Positions 57,073-64,000 of a DNA stretch of 64,000 nucleotides are shown piece after piece; positions within the stretch are counted from its first letter, which is position 1, and each line of letters starts with the position of its first letter. The notes below the pieces were generated by a model, which did no database searches, was not told the DNA's origin, and saw only the letters and a program-made list of their open reading frames with translations. This DNA comes from Eledone cirrhosa (Eukaryota). A program made the position numbers and the translations under genes. The stretch covers positions 8,804,001-8,868,000 of the forward strand of contig OZ024758.1 of assembly GCA_964016885.1 (NCBI GenBank), read 5' to 3'.

Positions 57073-57506
57073 ATGATGTCACAGAAGTGTCTATAAAATA
57101 TTCATCTGGTAATCTTTGTAGGTGACCAGCTGACATTGAAGTGAAACTTTCACTGATTTAGCAGAAACATTGAAATCAAGTGAAAGATTTAAGTGAGGGA
57201 GGGGAAGAGGAGGTGATTGTGAAAGAAGCAAAAATGTATAAAGGAACTACAAAACACAGCCATGCAGAGAAACATGGCGCAGAAATGAAATCCACCGTCT
57301 GTCAATAATTATTTATTTTTAGTGGGGCTAACATGTACCACGGGTCACTTTAGGGCACAGATCAGCAGAGTTAGTTCCACATACATGTGAATAAACACAA
57401 CACTACATGTTTATTTCTCTGCTGTTTCACTAGCAGTGGATGTCATATGGATGGGTGTGATATTAGTGTAGATATATATGTAAGTATAAATGTGTGTATA
57501 TATATA

Positions 57507-57539
<33 letters not shown>

Positions 57540-57928
57540 CATCATCATTATTTAACGTGTTTTCCCTGCTAGGTATATATGTATGAATGTATATCTGTTG
57601 GGTGTGAGTGAATGTGTGTATGCAAGAGAGAGAGAGAGAGAGAGAGAGAAGAAGCATATCTGTCAGTTACAGCCACACCAATGAATTGTTCTGGGATCCA
57701 TTTCAAATTTTTTTTTCTTCTTTCGCTCTTTTTTTTCTCTCTTTATAGTTTTAGCAAACCTAATTTGTCAGTAAAATGATTCTAGAAGCTCATAGAATAT
57801 TAATTACCAATTTCCCTTTCTTTCTTTTTAGAACATTATTGAATAATGTCTCCTCTTCCTCCTCTTTCTTACTGACCAACTGCCACCCTTTCCTACAATA
57901 TTAAGGAACATGTCTTCCTTCTCTTGTT

Positions 57929-58103
57929 CAGTATCGGTAGAGGGTTGGACGCCATGCTTTCTAGCATAGTTACGTCCCTTTACAGTCTGAGTTCAAATCC
58001 CGCCGAGGTTAACTTTGCCTTTCATCCTTACGGGGTCGATAAAATAAAGTACCAGTAATGCGCTGGGATAATTGCTGGCCTTGTACCTAAAGTAGAAACA
58101 ATT
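57929..58103 (+). mobile_element. Meta-domain SINE
   Basis: Matches the family; slightly 5'-truncated. Confidence 0.9.
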
Positions 58104-58979
58104 ATGTTTGCAGTGTCTATAACCAATAACAGGGTAGAGGAAATTCTTCTGAATAGACAACTTCTCTAGTGCTGAGGGAGCCAACCTCTCAACTACCCCC
58201 CCCCCCCCCCAAATTTCACCCTACCATCACAAAATAAAGATATCAAATAATATAATTATAAATATCTTCTTGAGTCTCTTTTTTCCCCCTTTCGAAGGTG
58301 AAGCAATCATTTTGCTTTTTCTAATGGCTAGAATATATGTGGCTCACCACACATGCATATAGATATATGTCTGAATAACAGCTGGAAAACTTTTAATTTT
58401 GATAGATCATGGCTGAACTGGGAACTAAACTACAACTCAGGTTTCTCCTCATCCCAAATGGATAAATAAATCTTTTGCCTTTTACTAAACTACAACAACA
58501 GCAACAATTTCTCTAATGGTGATGTTGCAATAACCTTTCCATGATCATATTTCTAACGAAATACTCTCTATTTAAATTGATATGTCAGGTCAGGCTTCTG
58601 CCTGCTACTAGTACGATGTAACCCAGTACAACCTACTTTATGGTCAAGTGGTAAGCAACTATATCGGCTCCCACACCAGATCCTGATCTGGTGTGGACGG
58701 TAAGTGGAACCCCAGCAGCACAAAAAAACAAGAACTGTAAAAAGGAAGGATGGATGAACTCCTTAGAGCAAACAACCATCCACCCCAACTAGGGGTTAAA
58801 TAACCTCACCAACTTGCAATTGGTTAAGTGTGGTCAGTACAGCTGATATGACCAAAACAAAACAGAAAGCGGTGGGGGGTCAATCAGGGAGAAGTCCTTG
58901 GATTGGATTAAATTAAAATTAATTCATGAAGAATTAATGAAGAATTTTGAAAGATTTAAAGGTACATATGTCTGTGGCA

Positions 58980-61267
58980 GCAGCAGTAGTGGTGGTTATG
59001 GTGGTGGTGGTGGTGGTTGTAGTGATGGTGGTTAGATCAATGATGGAGGTGGTGGTGGTGGTGGTTGTAGTGATGGTGGTTAGATCAATGATGGAGGTGG
59101 TGGTGGTGGTGATGGTGGTTATGGTGATGGTTGCAGTGGGGGTGGTTATGGTGGCAGTGGTACAGCTGCTGCTGGTAGTGATGATGGTTAGGTCTGGTGG
59201 TGGTGGTGGTCAGGTCGATAGTTATGGTAATAATGAGCACAGAAAATGGACATTAGCACAGCTTCAACTGACCATCAGCGACTACTGATGACAACAATGA
59301 CAGTGGCGATGACTAGCGATGACAGTGGCGATGACAGTGGTGATGACAATGGCGATGACAGTGGTGATGACGGACATGATGTCATTAGAGACATTCACTT
59401 AAACAGACAAATTCCTATCACTCCCACTGTGGGGCTGGGGAGAAACTTCCAGGAGGCTTCATTGTAATCAATATTCTCAGCAGATTTCACCACCACCACT
59501 ACCACTATCACTACCATAACCACTACTACCATCACAACCACAACCGTTACCACTGTCATCACCACCACAACTACCACTACCACCACCACCATCACAACTA
59601 TCACCATCACCAGCACCACCACAACCACCACCACAACTATCACCACCACAACCATCACCATCACCATCATCACAACCATAACCAACACAACCACCACCAT
59701 AACCAACACAACCACCACCATCACCACCACAACTATCACCATCACCAGCACCACCACAAACATCACCTCCATTGCCACCACCACCATCACCACAACCACC
59801 ATCACCATCATCACAACCACCACCACCACCACCACCATCACCATAACCACCACCATCGCCACCATCACAAACCACCACCATCACCACAACCACCATCACC
59901 ATCATCACAACAACCACCACCATCATCATCACAACCACCACCATCATCACTACCAGCACCAACACAACCACCACCACCATCACCACAACCACAACCAGCA
60001 CCACAACAACAACCACCATCACCATCACCATCACTAACAAATATTCTAACTCCAATAAGTCAAAAGCAGGTCATAGCGTGATCAGTTCTATTTCCCAAGG
60101 AGCCTGTTAAACTGGCATTTGGTTTCAGTGTGGAATGAACCAATTGTTTAGCCTCTCCAGACATTGACAGGGTCAACCCCCCCCCCACACACACACACAC
60201 AACAATCACAACTCCTACCACATTAATACTATTACTATCAGCACCTTACCAGTGTGACTCCTACATACCACTGTTACAAATAACACTACCACCACCACCA
60301 CCACTAACATCACTATCACTATCACTATCACTATCACCACCACCACTATCACCAACACCACCACCACCATCACCACCACTAACATCACTATCACCAACAC
60401 CACCATCACTATCACCACCATCACTATCACCAACACTAACAACACTATCACCACCACCACCACTATCACCACCACCACCATGACTATCACTACCACCACC
60501 ATCACTATCACCAACACTAACAACACTATCATCACCACCACCCCCACCCCCACCACCATCACTATCATCACCCCTACCACCATCACCACCACCATTTGCC
60601 AACATTTCACTACTCTTCCATGCTGCTTCACCACCACCATCACCACAACAACAATAACCACTATCACTATCCCCAACACCACCACCACCTCTGCCAACAC
60701 TTCACTACCCTAATCGTCCATACTGCCCCACCACCACCCCCACAAGGCTCAAGTGACAGACAATACATCTTCTGCACCATACCCTCACCCCTTCCCTCAC
60801 ACTGCCATCAGTACAGCTAAACTGTTCACTGATCCTACCTCACACCATTGTTCCTTTCATCCCATCACCACCTCCACACCACCACCACTAACACCACCAC
60901 CACCATCACTACCATCACCACCACCACCACCATCACTACCATCACCACCACCACCACCACCACACCATCATCAGCACCACCACTACCATCACCACCAACA
61001 CCTCCACAACACAACTACCACCACCACTAACATCACCAACACCACCACCACACCACCACACCACCACCAACACCAACACCACCACAACACCACTACCACC
61101 AGCACCACCACCACCACCAACAACACCACCACCACTACCATCACCACCACCACCACTACCATCACCACAACACCACCACCACCACCACCACCACCACCAC
61201 CACCACCACACCACCACCAACAACACCACACCACCACCACACCACCACCACCACACCACCACCACCA
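58980..61267. repeat. (GTG)n then long (CAC/CAT)n low-complexity tracts
   Basis: Direct reading. Confidence 0.9.
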
Positions 61268-62319
61268 GTTGGGGGAGCAGCTGACATGAAGCTGCCATTT
61301 CAGATACAAAAGGTCCACCATTGACAACACCCTACATATCAACATACATTTATATATGGGAACTGTTGTGTGTGATGTCATTACTCCTGGGGCAGCCTCT
61401 TTGTGGTAGTGTATATACATAGAGAGAGACATACACGTATATATATGTGTGTGTATATATATATACAGAGAGAGAGAGAGAGACATACACGTATATATAT
61501 GTGTATATATATATATATACAGAGAGAGAGAGACATACACGTATATATGTGTGTGTATATATATATACAGAGACATACATGTATATATATGTGTATATAT
61601 ATATATACATATAGAGAGAGAGACATACACATATATATGTGTATATATATATACAGAGAGAGAGAGACATACACGTATATATATGTGTATATATATATAT
61701 ACATACACAGAGAGAGACATACACGTATATATATGTGTATATATATATAGAGAGAGAGACATACACGTATATATATATATATATATATATATGGGTGTAT
61801 GTGTGTAAACACACACATGCACACATCCATGCTAGCTAGGAAAAAATATATGTATATAATTATATATACAGAGAGGGGGGGGGGGGTAGAATAAGGGTAG
61901 CAGAGAAGATAAGGTTTAAGAAAATGGCAGAAGATAGTATATAGAAAGAGAGAATGACAAAAAGGAAATGGTAGTGTGTGTGTGTGTGGGGGGTTTGAAG
62001 ATGTTTCCAACTAAACCAGATGCAGATATGCTGCAACAATGACTGAGTGCAGTGACAGCAGCATGCTGCAGCAGATGGCCAACAGCGAGGAAATTAGCTG
62101 TGTATGGGTGCATACAACCAGCTACCAGTTGCACCCAAACTGAAGCAATCAATAACAAGCTGTTCATTACAGTCCACGTAATTTTACACAGCTGGGGACA
62201 GCAGCCAGGCAAATATCTATATCTCCCTATTGTCAACTGAAAGACTAACAGAACCAGTTGTATATCTTATATATGTATATATATATATATATGAATGTGT
62301 GTGTGTGTATATATATATA

Positions 62320-62383
62320 CAGGGTGTCTCAAAAATGTATACATATATTTATTAGAATGCTGTTAAAGTTTGGGGACACCCTG
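62320..62383. mobile_element. 64-bp Tc1/mariner-type mini-MITE
   Basis: TA-cagggtgtctcaaa…tttggggacaccctg-TA. Confidence 0.8.
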
Positions 62384-63059
62384 TATATAGATCATCATCG
62401 TTTTTACATCTGCTTTCCCATACACACTATTCTGGCATACACCTTCATATATTTTATACAATATAGTATATTTACCTCTATGATTACATATTGAGGGCTC
62501 TTTCTTCGGTAATTACAACCATAAATTCAGACAATATGTAGGGAGGACACAGAGGAACCCAAGTATAATTACAGATCATGTTATCAACTGGTTATTGTTA
62601 TCAAAATTAAAGCATCTACAATTGTTTATATGTTTAATGTTACCAAACATTTATAGTTATTGAACTGCTTTAGCCCAAAAGTGATCACAATAAGCAGCTT
62701 CTACTGTATATTGTTTCAATGGTGTATATGTAGCTGTTGCTTAACTACAAATCATCTTTACAAAGAAAGTATAACGAACCTGTTAATACAGGTAGAATAC
62801 ATGTATAGTATATATTAGTTTTAAGTACTTTACAACTCATGTTTTATGCCCAAAGGTAATGCTCAGGTGGAAATAGCTGATAGAAAGAATTCTGGTACAC
62901 TTGAATGATATAGCACTATAAGCACGCGTGTGTGTGTGTGTGTGTTATGCATATATATATATCTTTAACGATCGACGTTCGTCAAATCGGACCGAGGGAA
63001 CAATGTTTCCGTTGGTCTTTCCAATTGCTAATACTATCTATCGGTCGCAACTCCAGGTA

Positions 63060-63179
63060 GAAGGAGCAACGTGAAATAAAGTGTCTTGCTCAAGGAGATA
63101 ACGCGTCGCCTGGTCCAGGAATCGAACTCACAACCTTACGATTGCGAATCCAATTCTCTAACCACTCAGCCACACGCCT
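63060..63179 (-). mobile_element. tRNA-derived SINE head (second family)
   Basis: Reverse complement ggcgtgtggctgagtggttaga…gagttcgattcc…ccttgagcaagacac; homologous to 49162. Confidence 0.85.
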
Positions 63180-63221
<42 letters not shown>

Positions 63222-64000
63222 AACTCATGTATCAAGTGACAACCACTTTATGCTAGATTTGTTTGGGAAATGATAATTTGATCTCTCTCTCTCTCTCTAT
63301 GTTGATAAATTATCAGTGGGAATGACAGCTATCTATTGTGACCAACCTATGTATCTATCTTCAGACAATTAAAACAGCTACATATTTATCTATATATCTA
63401 CCAATCTCTCTCTCTCTCTCTACCTATATATATATCTACCTATGTATGTTTCTGTTTGATTATTACTCTATAGCTATTTGTTTATGTATATTTACCAATG
63501 TATCAATCTTCGGACAATGAGACAATAACAACAAAGCACAAATCCCAATAGAAGTCCAAAGATAGATACACAGGGCATCGCAATCGTAATTTAGTGGATA
63601 TATATTTGATAACGATTAAAGAAAATATGGAAGAAAATTATTGTCATTGATTTAAATGAATGTAAAATGAAATACTGTAATGGCTCGAGTGAGCAGAAGG
63701 TCAAGGAAAATTGAGGATTCAAGCATTTTACATACAACACTGTAATCAAGGAATTAGTAAATTAAATATTATTTACTATAAACCCTGCCATTTTTTACTG
63801 TTATTACATATATCTAAAGTCTAAGTCTAAAGTCTATTTCAAGCCATGAGGCTTGTCAGGCCAGTGCTTATTCCGGTTTTGTGGCGTGAAGTGACTGAGA
63901 ATACAAGACTTCCACCCTGGACAGGATGCCAGTCCATCGCAGGGTTAAACCCCCAGGTATTGTTGGTACTCATTTTCGATTGAGTATACTGGAGCACAAT

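Overview
Repeat-dense metazoan DNA, most likely from an octopus or other coleoid cephalopod. That assignment is inferred from the Meta-domain tRNA-derived SINE family, the RTE tails and the extreme (TA)n/(TG)n/(CATA)n microsatellite load. Nearly all ORFs in the supplied track are translations of microsatellites. One host gene is supported: three + strand exons (2714-2815, 6982-7043, 13262-13926) that splice in frame into the C-terminal part of a Ser/Pro/Thr-rich protein, probably a transcription factor. Its 5' exons lie upstream of the window. The remaining ~50 kb has no recognisable host exon. It holds SINEs, mariner/maT/hAT remnants and MITEs, LINE fragments (RTE, R4/Dong-like, CRE-like, CR1/L2-like, L1/Tx1-like), minisatellites and short unique islands that may be enhancers. 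The most unusual signal is a dispersed set of minimal hammerhead-ribozyme motifs: one apparently intact at 3426-3461 and about ten degenerate. They sit in short inserts beside microsatellites, and several form long fold-back palindromes, some centred on the ribozyme stem II. They are probably remnants of Penelope-like or retrozyme-type elements. Coordinates were read by eye and may be off by a few bases.
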